This document shows positions 20,312-29,173 of a stretch of DNA of 64,000 nucleotides, in pieces. Source of the DNA: an uncultured Chloroflexia bacterium (GTDB lineage: Bacteria > Chloroflexota > Chloroflexia > QHBQ01 > JADMIH01); assembly GCA_963797095.1 (NCBI GenBank), contig CAWCNY010000001.1, positions 32,001 to 96,000 of the forward strand. The letters run 5' to 3'. The notes under the pieces are model-generated. The model ran no database searches, was not told where the DNA came from, and saw only the letters and a program-made list of their open reading frames with translations. The position numbers were made by a program, and so were the translations under genes. How positions within the stretch are numbered: position 1 is the first letter of the stretch; each line of letters opens with the position of its first letter.

Positions 20312-22018
20312 GTGAGCAGCATGTTTCAAGTCCAGAATCTGTACAAAAACTACGGCACATCCCCCGTACTCGCCGGGGTCAATTTCGTCGTCAACGACGG
20401 CGAGCACGTAGGGCTGATCGGCCCCAACGGCTCCGGCAAAACCACCCTCCTCAAAATAATCACACAGCGCGAGCAGGCCGATTTGGGCGCTGTCGTGCTT
20501 CAGCCTCGCGAGCTACGCATAGGATATCTCGCCCAGGCTTTCGAGCATGACGAAGGCTCGACCGTGGGCGAAGTGCTCCGCGAGTTGGAGGCCGATTTGG
20601 CTGACGCCGAGCGTGAAATGCAGCGTGCCGCCGATGCCCTCGCCCAGCCCGTCGATCTTGATGCGGCCCTGCGCGACTATGAAGATGCCAGCGCGCGCTT
20701 CGAAGCCCTCGGCGGCTACGAGCGCACCCACAAGGCCGAGGCAGTAATGCAGGGCCTATCGCTTGGCGACATATCGCATGAGACTGAAGTATCAACCCTG
20801 AGTGGCGGCCAGAAGACGCGATTGGGCCTGGCCCTTCTCCTCCTGCAAGAGCCTGACCTTCTCCTCCTGGATGAGCCGACCAACCACCTCGACGTCGAGG
20901 CACTCGAATGGCTAGAGGGCTTTGTGCAGAGCTACCGCAAGAGCGTCATGGCGGTGTCACACGACCGCGAGTTCCTGGACAAGACGATCACGCGGGTGCT
21001 GTATCTCGACCCCCAAACGCACATGATCAGGAGCTACGAAGGCAACTACACCGATTTTGAAGAGGCCCGCGAGCGCGAGCACGCCGCCCATATTGAAGCC
21101 TGGAAGCGCCAGCGGGAGTACATAGAACATACACAGCGCGACATCCAGGCCAAAAAGAGCAGCGCCCTCTCCCTTGAGCGCTCAACGAGTCCCCGCCAGC
21201 CCGGCCTGCGAGTGCTTGCCCGCAAGAAGGCCGCCGTAGCCAAATCACGCGAGCGCAAGCTGGAACGCTACATGGAATCGGACGAGCGCGTCGATAAGCC
21301 CAGGGCCAAGTGGTGGCTCAAGCTCGATTTCGGCCCGCCCCCGGCAGGTGGTCGCTCGGTCCTCCGGGTGGAAAATGTCTCTTTCTCCTACAACACCCAA
21401 CAGGAGCAAGGTCATGGATCAAGTATCATTTATCCTGACCTAATCAATGACGCCACTTTCGACGTACAATACGGCGACCGAGTCGCCCTGGTAGGCCCGA
21501 ACGGCGCGGGCAAGACCACCCTCCTACGCCTGATCGAGGGGCAATGGCAGCCCACATCCGGACAGATCAAGCTCGGCGCGAACGTGCGGCTTGGCGTGCT
21601 ATCTCAGGAGCAGGAAACGCTCACCCCAGGTAAAACGGTCCTGGAAACCGCCCTCGATGAGCGCTACATGGACGAGTCGGAGGTGCGCAATTTCCTTCAC
21701 TTCTTCCTGTTTGAAGGCGATGAAGTCTTCCGCAAGACCGAGGAGTGCTCGCTAGGCGAACGGACCCGCCTGCAATTGGCCTTGCTGGTGCTGAGAGGTT
21801 GTAACCTCCTCCTGCTCGACGAGCCGCTAAACCATCTCGATATCGATGGGCGCGCCCACTTCGAGGCCGCCCTGGAAGCCTACGAAGGCACTGTCATCGC
21901 AGTAGCACACGACCGGGCGTTCCTCAGGACCTACCCGGAGCGCGTGATCGAAGTGCGCGACGGACAAGTCCGGGTTTACGAAGGTGGATACGAAGACTAC
22001 CTGGCCCACAGGCTCTAG
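20312..22018 (+). CDS. ABC-F family ATPase (possible antibiotic-resistance/ribosome-protection type)
   Basis: Two NBDs (GPNGSGKT, LSGGQ, LDEPTNHLD; GPNGAGKT, SLGER, LDEPLNHLD), no TM domains, extended linker. Confidence 0.92.
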   Translation: MSSMFQVQNLYKNYGTSPVLAGVNFVVNDGEHVGLIGPNGSGKTTLLKIITQREQADLGAVVLQPRELRIGYLAQAFEHDEGSTVGEVLRELEADLADAEREMQRAADALAQPVDLDAALRDYEDASARFEALGGYERTHKAEAVMQGLSLGDISHETEVSTLSGGQKTRLGLALLLLQEPDLLLLDEPTNHLDVEALEWLEGFVQSYRKSVMAVSHDREFLDKTITRVLYLDPQTHMIRSYEGNYTDFEEAREREHAAHIEAWKRQREYIEHTQRDIQAKKSSALSLERSTSPRQPGLRVLARKKAAVAKSRERKLERYMESDERVDKPRAKWWLKLDFGPPPAGGRSVLRVENVSFSYNTQQEQGHGSSIIYPDLINDATFDVQYGDRVALVGPNGAGKTTLLRLIEGQWQPTSGQIKLGANVRLGVLSQEQETLTPGKTVLETALDERYMDESEVRNFLHFFLFEGDEVFRKTEECSLGERTRLQLALLVLRGCNLLLLDEPLNHLDIDGRAHFEAALEAYEGTVIAVAHDRAFLRTYPERVIEVRDGQVRVYEGGYEDYLAHRL

Positions 22019-22266
22019 AAGCTGCGATGCGCTTTCGGACACGAGTTCCTTGTGAGAACCATTTCATCACTTACCATATCTGCTATCTGATTGGCACCCG
22101 AGGCGCTGCCACTTGCCTTGACCCCTTGCGTTGAGGCTATAGAGACCCCTGGATCGGCGAGCCACATCTCTTGTTTGCCCTCTTGCACGAAATCGCCGCC
22201 CATCATCAAGGCCGCTACCACCACGATCAGTAGTGAACTTTGTACCAATCTCCTCTTCATAGACAA
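22015..22266 (-). CDS. Small hypothetical exported protein
   Basis: Signal-like N-terminus and GAAGGGG RBS. Confidence 0.4.
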   Translation of the reverse strand: MSMKRRLVQSSLLIVVVAALMMGGDFVQEGKQEMWLADPGVSIASTQGVKASGSASGANQIADMVSDEMVLTRNSCPKAHRSF

Positions 22267-22448
22267 CCCCCTTCAAAGAGTGCGATTACCTGTCTCTAGC
22301 TCTACTGAAAATCTCGTGCAACAATAGCCTGGCCCGGGCACCTGGCGCGGTCTCTACTCGGTGCTTTAGTTAGTACGCCGGTTTGTTACAGGGTAGTCGG
22401 TAGTCGGTAGTCGGAGGACGATAGAGAAGTAACGGAATACGCAGTACT

Positions 22449-22506
22449 CACTCGTCACTCGTCACTCGTCACTCGTCACTCGTCACTCGTCACTCGTCAC
22501 TCGTCA
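22449..22506 (+). repeat. Heptamer tandem repeat (CACTCGT) ~8 copies
   Basis: Directly visible; reverse-complement arrays at 24898-24918 and 41556-41592. Confidence 0.92.
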
Positions 22507-22575
22507 TCGATCGTCTACTGACTACCCATCCTTCGCCCTTCGCTGTAGAATGGAGTATCTTGCAAGCGGAGGAGT

Positions 22576-23388
22576 GTGATGGGGGAAGGTCTGAGGCTGA
22601 TGTGTGTGTTTGCCCACCCGGATGATGAATCACTGGGGACGGGGGGCGTACTGGCGCGGTATGCTGCCGAAGGGGTGGAAACGCATCTGGTAACGGCCAC
22701 AAGAGGTGAGCGCGGCTGGTTTGGCGCGCCCGAAGATAACCCTGGCCTGGAAGCGCTTGGCCGTATGCGCGAAGGTGAGCTAATGGCGGCGGCTCAGGTG
22801 CTTGGCATTCGCAGCGTCAGCTTCCTCGATTACATAGATGGCGACCTCGATCAAGCCCCTCCTATTCAAGCGATGGATAAGATAGCTCATCACATCAGGG
22901 GCGTAAAGCCGCACGTGATAATCACCTTCCCGCCCGATGGAGCCTATGGCCACCCCGATCACATAGCCATTTCCCAGTTTACCCAGGCTGCGATTGTGCA
23001 GGCAGCTTCCCCGGCCTTCCACGACCCCGAACAGTGCGAGCCTCATGCCGTCTCGAAACTCTATTACATGGTTTCTAATGCCCACGAAGCCAGGCATTAT
23101 GAAGAGATCTTCGGTGATCTCGTCATGCATATCGACGGCGTCGAACGGCGAGCCGTTGAGTGGAACGATTGGTCAATTACCTCGTGGATCGATGTCGCCC
23201 AATACTGGCGTACCACGCTCGATGCGATCTTATGCCACCGCACTCAATTGCCGGGTTACGACACGCTTTTGAACCTGTCGGAGCAACAAATACAAGGTCT
23301 GTGGACTTACTTGAGCTTCTATCGCGTTTACAGCATGGTAAACGGCGGACGCACGCTGGAGCGCGATCTATTTGAAGGATTGAGGTAA
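22576..23388 (+). CDS. PIG-L/LmbE-family deacetylase
   Basis: AHPDDE, TRGE, YGHPDH, HRTQ motifs. Confidence 0.92.
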   Translation: MMGEGLRLMCVFAHPDDESLGTGGVLARYAAEGVETHLVTATRGERGWFGAPEDNPGLEALGRMREGELMAAAQVLGIRSVSFLDYIDGDLDQAPPIQAMDKIAHHIRGVKPHVIITFPPDGAYGHPDHIAISQFTQAAIVQAASPAFHDPEQCEPHAVSKLYYMVSNAHEARHYEEIFGDLVMHIDGVERRAVEWNDWSITSWIDVAQYWRTTLDAILCHRTQLPGYDTLLNLSEQQIQGLWTYLSFYRVYSMVNGGRTLERDLFEGLR

Positions 23389-23393
23389 CTTCT

Positions 23394-24905
23394 ATGGATA
23401 AAGGCGGGGCGCGGAATGCGCCTATCGAGATGACACCTGACCAATTCCGGGCGCTCGGTCATAGCCTGGTAGACAAGATCGCGGCTTTCATGGAGACCAT
23501 GCCACAGGGCAAAGTCACATCGGGCGAGTCGCCTCGCCAGGTGCGCGATGCCCTGAACGCGAAGGCGGGCCTCCCGCAACAAGGGAGCGACCCTTCTCTC
23601 CTCCTGGACGAAGCAAGCGATCTTCTGTTCGAGCATTCCCTTTTCATAGGGCACCCCCGCTTCCTGGGCTTCATAACGTCGGCGCCCGCGCCTATAGGCG
23701 CGCTGGCCGACCTTCTAGCGGCGGCGGTCAACCCGAACGTGGGCGGGTGGGTGCTCTCACCTATCGCCAGCGAGATCGAAGCCCAGACGGTGCGCTGGAT
23801 TGCGGAGTTTCTTGACTACCCCTCCGATTGCGGCGGCCTGCTGGTGAGCGGCGGCAACGTGGCTAACTTCGTAGGCTTCCTGGCGGCGCGGCGTGCCAAG
23901 GCCCCATGGGATGTCCGCGCCGATGGCATCGCGGGTGGGGGCAGGCGAAATCTGCGAGCATACGCCTCGGCTGAGACGCACACCTGGCTGCAAAAGGCCG
24001 CCGACCTCTTTGGCCTGGGCACCACTTCTGTCCGGTGGATCAAGACCGACAACCGCCAGCGTATGGACATGCAGGCGCTGCGCCGCGCTATTGAGGCCGA
24101 CAAAGCCAGTGGCGATCTGCCGTTCCTGGTAGTGGGCGCTGGTGGTTCGGTCAGCACCGGGGCTGTAGACCCCTTGTACGAGATAGCCGACCTCTGCAAA
24201 GAGCACGATATGTGGTTCCATGTTGACGGCGCTTACGGCGGGTTTGCCGCTGCAGTGCCAGAGTCGCTCGGTTGCCCGCCCGACCTGAAGGGCCTTTCGC
24301 TGGCCGATTCGGTAGCCATAGACCCGCACAAGTGGCTTTACGCCCCTCTCGAAGCAGGTTGCGCGCTTGTTCGCAACCGCGAAGCCCTCCACGATACCTT
24401 TGTCTTCCACCCACCCTATTACTTCATGCAAGAGTACGAAGACGAGCCTGAGATCAACTATCATGAGTACGGGTTGCAGAACTCACGGGGCTTTCGCGCT
24501 CTTAAGGTGTGGCTTGCCTTGAAGCAGGTAGGTCGCGAAGGCTATGTCGGTATGCTGGCCGAAGATATCGCCCTCTCTCGCATGCTATACGAGGCTGTCA
24601 GGCTTTTGCCTGACCTGGAAGCCTGCACATCCGACCTGAGCATCGCCACGTTCCGCTACGTGCCCTCCGACCTGCGCGACGGCGCGCCCGCGCACGAAGA
24701 ATACCTGAATAAGCTCAACTCCGAGTTGGTCAAGAAGATCCAGGCAAGCGGCGAGCTATTCCTGACCAACGCCATAATCGACGGCAAGTTCTTGCTGCGC
24801 ACGTGCATAGTCAACTTCCGTACCTCCGCCGATGATATACGCGCCATCCCCGAAATAGTCTTGAGGCAAGGCCGCGAGCTCGACCAGGAGATGCGCAACG
24901 AGTGA
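23394..24905 (+). CDS. Group II PLP-dependent amino acid decarboxylase
   Basis: HPRFLGFI, SGG.VAN, WFHVDGAYGG, DPHKWL, SRGFRALKVW. Confidence 0.92.
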   Translation: MDKGGARNAPIEMTPDQFRALGHSLVDKIAAFMETMPQGKVTSGESPRQVRDALNAKAGLPQQGSDPSLLLDEASDLLFEHSLFIGHPRFLGFITSAPAPIGALADLLAAAVNPNVGGWVLSPIASEIEAQTVRWIAEFLDYPSDCGGLLVSGGNVANFVGFLAARRAKAPWDVRADGIAGGGRRNLRAYASAETHTWLQKAADLFGLGTTSVRWIKTDNRQRMDMQALRRAIEADKASGDLPFLVVGAGGSVSTGAVDPLYEIADLCKEHDMWFHVDGAYGGFAAAVPESLGCPPDLKGLSLADSVAIDPHKWLYAPLEAGCALVRNREALHDTFVFHPPYYFMQEYEDEPEINYHEYGLQNSRGFRALKVWLALKQVGREGYVGMLAEDIALSRMLYEAVRLLPDLEACTSDLSIATFRYVPSDLRDGAPAHEEYLNKLNSELVKKIQASGELFLTNAIIDGKFLLRTCIVNFRTSADDIRAIPEIVLRQGRELDQEMRNE

Positions 24906-24982
24906 CGAGTGACGAGTGGAGGATCGTTCGGGCAGGCTATTAAGCGTACCTTCCTAAGCACAACTGCCTTTTGCCTTTCCAA

Positions 24983-25029
24983 AAAACTGTACCAGAGTAT
25001 ACCCGAAAACCTGTCCCGTTTTGTCCCAC
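24983..25029 (-). promoter_or_regulatory. Conserved GGGACA-repeat motif (copy 2, orphan)
   Basis: Near-identical to 12864-12909; contains TATACT. Confidence 0.5.
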
Positions 25030-25250
25030 CAAATGATAACTCATGTTTAGTTTTACGGAAGCAAAAACAAGCGATCCCACGTAGGCTCGATATATGTGGC
25101 TGCCGACAGTAAGGCCAGCACTATACCTGTCGTACCCGTCAGGAGACCAGGGCTGTCGATGTAGTGCCCTCCTTCAACATCACGGAAGCCCAGCAGTGCA
25201 TCCGGGTCGAACTCATCAAGTATGGATCTTTGTACTGCGACCCTAAATCT

Positions 25251-25432
25251 GGCTCTTCGTCACTTTTGGTGAACCAGGGAAGCAAATCGCTCAAAGCGGT
25301 GGCCCAAGAGCCTTCAGGGCATGCTACAACCGGCATGGTGACGCAGAGGCACGCGGATTCGACAGTATATCGGCGCTCACCAGCAATAGATCCACGTTGT
25401 TAGACATGCTTCACCAAAAGTGACGAAGAACC
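25251..25432. mobile_element. 182-bp MITE with IS6-like ends
   Basis: 23-bp IRs GGCTCTTCGTCACTTTTGGTGAA / TTCACCAAAAGTGACGAAGAACC flanked by 8-bp TSD CTAAATCT. Confidence 0.85.
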
Positions 25433-25558
25433 CTAAATCTGGACAGAAAAATCAGGGTTGAAAGTTAGTAACCTCGGTTTCTGACTGTAATGAAAGCCTG
25501 TAGTGTGCAATAACTCGTCCGTGCACAGGAAGGGGCTTATGCAGCATCGATAATGACC

Positions 25559-26112
25559 GGAAGTGTCAGGAATCAGAGCACGCAATCTCCCCTTTGAGGC
25601 TGAAGACCTTTCAGTCCAGCCTCAAGCGCTGCTTTGGTACATCTTTACCCGGTCATCAGTCCATATTGCAGGGCACCGAAGCGCTCCCGGAACATAAGAC
25701 GTTGTTCTGCCAATGGCACTGTCTCTTTAGGTTTTGTCCGATACCTGAAATAGTCCCGCTGCTCATCGAACGCCGAGCAGAAACGTGATGCTGACCGGAA
25801 AGACCCGAACCCCCTCATCGGATAGTATCGCTGCTTTATGCCTCGATGATCTTGTTCCATTCGATTATTAAGATAGCGGTTAGTCCGGTGCACGACTTTG
25901 CGACCCAGTATACGGCGGATGACACGTGGGTAGGCTATGTGACCGTCGGAACTCACTCTCTCAGGGGCTTGGCCCACCACATCTTTGGCCTGTTTGAAGA
26001 ACCTCTTGGCCGCAACCATATCTCGCCTCTTTGACAGCATCGAGTCTACCAGGTTGCCATCCCTATCTACAGCACGATAGAGATAGCACCATTTGCCGCT
26101 GACTTTGATGTA
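25559..26112 (-). mobile_element. IS6-family element, 3' half (transposase 26112-25645 starting at YIKV)
   Basis: YIKVSGKWCYLYRAVD..G..VD..LS..RD, SDGH..Y, YLNNRMEQDHRGIK; candidate IR GGAAGTGTCAGGA at 25559. Confidence 0.85.
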
Positions 26113-26445
26113 ATACCAGTCGGAAGCGGCGCTTGCCTTCGGTTTCCCGAAGGTGCTCGACCCGCGTCCGCTGGCCCGAACCCGGCGTGTACCTTTCGAT
26201 TCACCAGGCTCTCACCTCAACCATCAGCGCGTCTTTCGTGCGTGCTGTGCAACTCTGTTGGGTTTTCAGGAATTGTGCCGTATCCACGACTAACCCTTAC
26301 TCCATTGGAGTCGCGGTTGAGCTAGCTCCCTTCGCCCTGTGAACGGTGTTACCGTCTCCTTGGCGGGTCGTTACTCCCACGGCTACTATGGAGCCTCTGC
26401 CCTGCTGTACTCGATCACTCGAAGCGAAGTCAGCCTCCACACGCC
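26113..26445 (-). ncRNA. ORF-less group II intron 3' portion (domains II-VI) inserted in the IS6 transposase
   Basis: Domain V GAGCCTGGTGAATCGAAAGGTACACGCCGGGTTCGG (26211-26176); domain VI ends in AT immediately before the TAC of YIKV; DII/III-like GTGGGAGTAACGACC...CAGGGCGAAGGG. Confidence 0.82.
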
Positions 26446-26975
26446 TGTAGTGTGCGGGAACGTCATCCGGGTGCTCAACTTCGGTTAGGCCGCCTCCCGC
26501 TGGTAGTCATGGATGATGCCTCCAAGTACATCTCGGCATTTCACGGGGCCTTCTCTTCGGCCATGCTCCACTGCTATTGGGCACCTCTGCTCTATGCCTT
26601 GATGCGGTCGAGAGCCGTTGTAGTATTCGTTGTAGTATTCAATGTACTCCAGCAGCACACGTCTCAGATGCGCTTCATTCAGGATCAATAGATGGTCAAG
26701 GCACTCCTCTCGAGCCGAACGGACCCATCTTTCAGCGAAGGCGTTCGCCCGCGGTGCTCGGTAAGGTGTCTGGATAATCTCTATGCCTTCGGCCGCAAAC
26801 ACTCTGTAAAGCTCGCAGTGAACTTGGCATCCCGGTCATGGATCAGGAGCCGGATGGGCAATCGCTCACCCCGCTCACCCCGCTCACCCCGCTCATCCTG
26901 CAGTTTCCATGTTAGCTGCCGAGCCCGTTGGGTAACCCACTCCCCTGTTGGTTGAGCCGTGCACCCTACACGCTC
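26446..26975 (-). pseudogene. rve integrase-core transposase fragment (IS481/IS3-like), frameshifted
   Basis: [59 protein letters not shown]. Confidence 0.85.
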
Positions 26976-27138
26976 GATCCAGGTGCGAACAGAGCCTGTA
27001 ATGTGCAAATAAGGATCCGACATCTGGGACCCTTTATCAGACAGGTTATCAAGCTCGATGTAAGGAGAGTGAGGGGCTTTATGCTATAATTTCTGTACGG
27101 CTACAGAGCAAGCAACAAGGAACGGCAGGTGATAAAAC

Positions 27139-27741
27139 ATGGCGATTCAGCAAGCATGGCCAACGGAGCAATCACAGCCGAACAGGCACCTGTTCACAAT
27201 CGAGGAATACGAGCTCATGTTAGAGGCGGGCGTCTTCGGCGAGGACGACCACATCGAGCTCATTAGAGGAGAAATCGTAGATATGCCACCAATCGGGCCA
27301 GGGCACGGCTTTGGCGTGTCTAATCTTGTTATGCTGCTAGCTCCCTTGGTAGGGAAATCAGCCATCTTGTGGGTGCAAAGTCCTGTTAGAATTAGCCCCA
27401 ACGATCGGCCGGAGCCTGACGTTGCCCTGCTAAGGGCGCGCCCTGACCTGTCCCCAGAATCGCCCCCACAAGCAGCAGACGTGCTGCTGGTCATAGAGAT
27501 CTCGGATAGCTCGATTGCTTATGACAGGAAAGTGAAGAGGAGCCTCTATGCCGAGGCAGGGATCCCCGAATATTGGATAGTCAACCTGCAAGAGCAGATA
27601 ATCGAGATCTACTCCAATCCATCAGAGGGCGAGTACAGGAAAGCAACCCAGGCCAAACGGGGCGAAACGCTCCCCCTGCCTATTGGGCTGAGGGGTGTAC
27701 AGGTCCGTGACATCCTGACCAACACATTGGCGACAGGATAA
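27139..27741 (+). CDS. Uma2/DUF820 family endonuclease
   Basis: FTIEEY, IELIRGEI, PEPDVAL, LVIEISDSS..YDR..K..LYA.AGIPEYWIVNL. Confidence 0.92.
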   Translation: MAIQQAWPTEQSQPNRHLFTIEEYELMLEAGVFGEDDHIELIRGEIVDMPPIGPGHGFGVSNLVMLLAPLVGKSAILWVQSPVRISPNDRPEPDVALLRARPDLSPESPPQAADVLLVIEISDSSIAYDRKVKRSLYAEAGIPEYWIVNLQEQIIEIYSNPSEGEYRKATQAKRGETLPLPIGLRGVQVRDILTNTLATG

Positions 27742-28169
27742 TACGCAAGAACTCGTCCGTGCGCGAGAACGTGTAGTGTGCTGGATGGTCGATGGTCGTC
27801 CAGGCGCTCAACTTCGATCAGGCCGCCTCTCGATGATAGTCGTGGATAATCCCTCCCAGCACATTCCGACATTTCACCAGACCTTCTTCACGACCTTGAC
27901 GACCATGCTCGATGGGTATTGGACAGCGCTGCTCGATCCCTTGGTGCGGGCGAGAGCGGTTGTAATACTCCACATACGCTCGTAGTACACGCCGCAAGTG
28001 CGCTTCCCCCAATATTGTTTTTGTCAATAGAAAAGGGAGCCATTTGATAACCAAAAAGGGAGCCACTTCTCCTCCCCGACGAAAATATTGATAATTAAAA
28101 AAGGGAGCCATTTGATAATCGAAAAGGGGGCCACACGGAAATCGCAAGTCTAGTGGGGACATCACGGAC

Positions 28170-28706
28170 ATGACTCTAGTCGACATTTGGAACAACATGG
28201 ACCGCAGCACGGTCGTGGCTTATCGAACGGTCTTTGACGCTTCGCAACAATCGTTTGCATGGTGGGTTGTAATAATCCCTCTGGCGGTTGCGTTCGTCGG
28301 TGTTGGAATATTGGTCAATCGCAGCCGCATACCCAAGGTACCTAGTGCCATAAGGATATCTGGATCTGTAACCCTGATCTGTGCTGGTTTGTGCGTTGCG
28401 ATCTTCCTCTTTGCGTCGACGCTTTCCGCATATCATACTGGCAGCGATTTGCTCGCCACTAATCAGGCACAGGTTGCTGAGGGGCAAGTAATAGACCTAA
28501 CCAGTACGGCCAGTGGCAAGGCCGAGAGCTTTAGGGTGCAAGGGGTCCAGTTTAGTTACTCCGAATACAGCGAGAGCCTTGGCTTTCACCATGTAAGTAC
28601 ACTTGGGGGGCCAATGAAAGAGGGGCTACAAGTCAAGATTTGGTATGCCCACATAGACGGCGATCCCTCGGATCCGGTGATATTGAAGCTAGAGATATCA
28701 CAGTGA
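28170..28706 (+). CDS. Hypothetical membrane protein (IS21 cargo)
   Basis: Two TM helices plus a soluble C-terminal domain; lies inside the IS ends. Confidence 0.7.
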   Translation: MTLVDIWNNMDRSTVVAYRTVFDASQQSFAWWVVIIPLAVAFVGVGILVNRSRIPKVPSAIRISGSVTLICAGLCVAIFLFASTLSAYHTGSDLLATNQAQVAEGQVIDLTSTASGKAESFRVQGVQFSYSEYSESLGFHHVSTLGGPMKEGLQVKIWYAHIDGDPSDPVILKLEISQ

Positions 28707-28808
28707 ATGGTTATAGCCATTTGGCATCGGAAGAGTAGGCACAGGGACCATCCTGCTCATTTACCCAGACGCAATAAGGCTCGGTGTGCCAATTAGGATA
28801 CGCTCAGT

Positions 28809-29132
28809 TCACCAATTCCAAGGCTTGCGAGGCCGTCCTACCCGTGGTCGCCATCCGTAGGGGCTAGTGTCTCGCTTGCGCTTCTCCCGCTGGCGCGCCG
28901 TGTTCATCGCCCTTTGGGCTTCCCTTCGGCAACCATCGCAGTAACGCGGAGCTGCCCCTGGATACTGCCACACCTCTCGCTCCTCGCTGCACCACTCGCA
29001 ACGGAACGAAACGAGTCGAGCGTGGAGGGTTCGTGTGTAGCCCCGGCAGGTCGTTACCACCTTCGAGGGCGGTTCGACGGCAGGTTCGCTAGCTGGGAGT
29101 GCGCTTGGGTTAGAGCTGGAGTTAGAGGTCAT
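28809..29132 (-). CDS. Small CxxC-CxxC zinc-finger protein with basic tail (IS21 cargo)
   Basis: CEWC...YCDGC; GRPRK C-terminus; follows istB in the same direction. Confidence 0.6.
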   Translation of the reverse strand: MTSNSSSNPSALPASEPAVEPPSKVVTTCRGYTRTLHARLVSFRCEWCSEEREVWQYPGAAPRYCDGCRREAQRAMNTARQREKRKRDTSPYGWRPRVGRPRKPWNW

Positions 29133-29173
29133 GACTTAATTTCGGCCATTTTGAGGTCAATTTTGCGAAAAAA

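Noticed and set aside
2694-24464. Long antisense ORFs (e.g. 2694-3332, 11292-12305, 14400-15284, 23757-24464)
   Set aside because: Opposite-strand shadows of well-supported genes in GC-rich DNA.
28016-28135. Repeated AAAAGGGAGCCA units resembling a mini-CRISPR
   Set aside because: They are IS21 terminal transposase-binding repeats mirrored at 32046-32107; there are no spacers or cas genes.
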